The notes under the pieces: model-generated | Databases searched by the model: none | Told to the model about the DNA's origin: nothing | Seen by the model: the letters and a program-made list of their open reading frames with translations, nothing else | Position numbers and translations under genes: made by a program | Origin: a virus | Lineage: Duplodnaviria; Caudoviricetes | IMG/VR virus record: IMGVR_UViG_3300035701_000044 | Coordinates: 1-53,156 of that record | Reading direction: 5' to 3' (one strand) | Length of the DNA stretch: 53,156 bases | Shown: positions 53,155 through 53,156 of the stretch, in pieces | Layout of the letters: every line of letters starts with the position of its first letter | Numbering within the stretch: the first letter of the stretch is position 1

Positions 53155-53156
53155 CA

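Noticed and set aside
1-53156. Stop-codon reassignment
   Set aside because: Genes tile densely under code 11, and TAG, TGA and TAA all end genes followed by SD or coupled starts.
1-53156. Assigning a host taxon
   Set aside because: GC content, the receiver domain and leaderless starts are suggestive but not diagnostic without searches.

Overview
A 53-kb, roughly 60% GC segment of a large contractile-tailed (myovirus-type, probably jumbo) bacteriophage genome. 1-7.3 kb holds small non-structural genes: a partial SAM-dependent transferase, an Nmad1/DUF1599-like gene and a DHH-DHHA1 phosphoesterase. 7.3-24 kb (+ strand) holds virion accessory, fibre and lectin-like genes, a permuted NlpC/P60 enzyme, a stand-alone CheY-like receiver and a holin-like gene. 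24-53 kb (- strand) is the morphogenesis block: amidase endolysin, baseplate spike, tail tube, tail sheath, neck proteins, major capsid, three paralogous decoration proteins, scaffold/core proteins, prohead protease, and the 3' end of an RNA polymerase beta'-like gene. The main unexplained pattern is a shared ~20-aa leader, (A)Y/F-x-L/I-G-V-x-x-A-L-x-x-x-G-L-x-K-x-A, on about 14 otherwise unrelated proteins scattered across the window. It ends in a K-x-A motif that is also dense in the scaffold/core proteins. I interpret this as a capsid-targeting and protease-processing cargo system, many of whose cargoes are glycine-zipper proteins. Also seen: a family of TTGnnn-N17-TAYnAT promoters (usually CC before the -10 box), several driving apparently leaderless mRNAs, and a candidate ~70-nt three-hairpin small RNA. 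All product calls come from motif recognition by eye; no searches were run. No tRNA, rRNA, CRISPR array or transposase was recognised.
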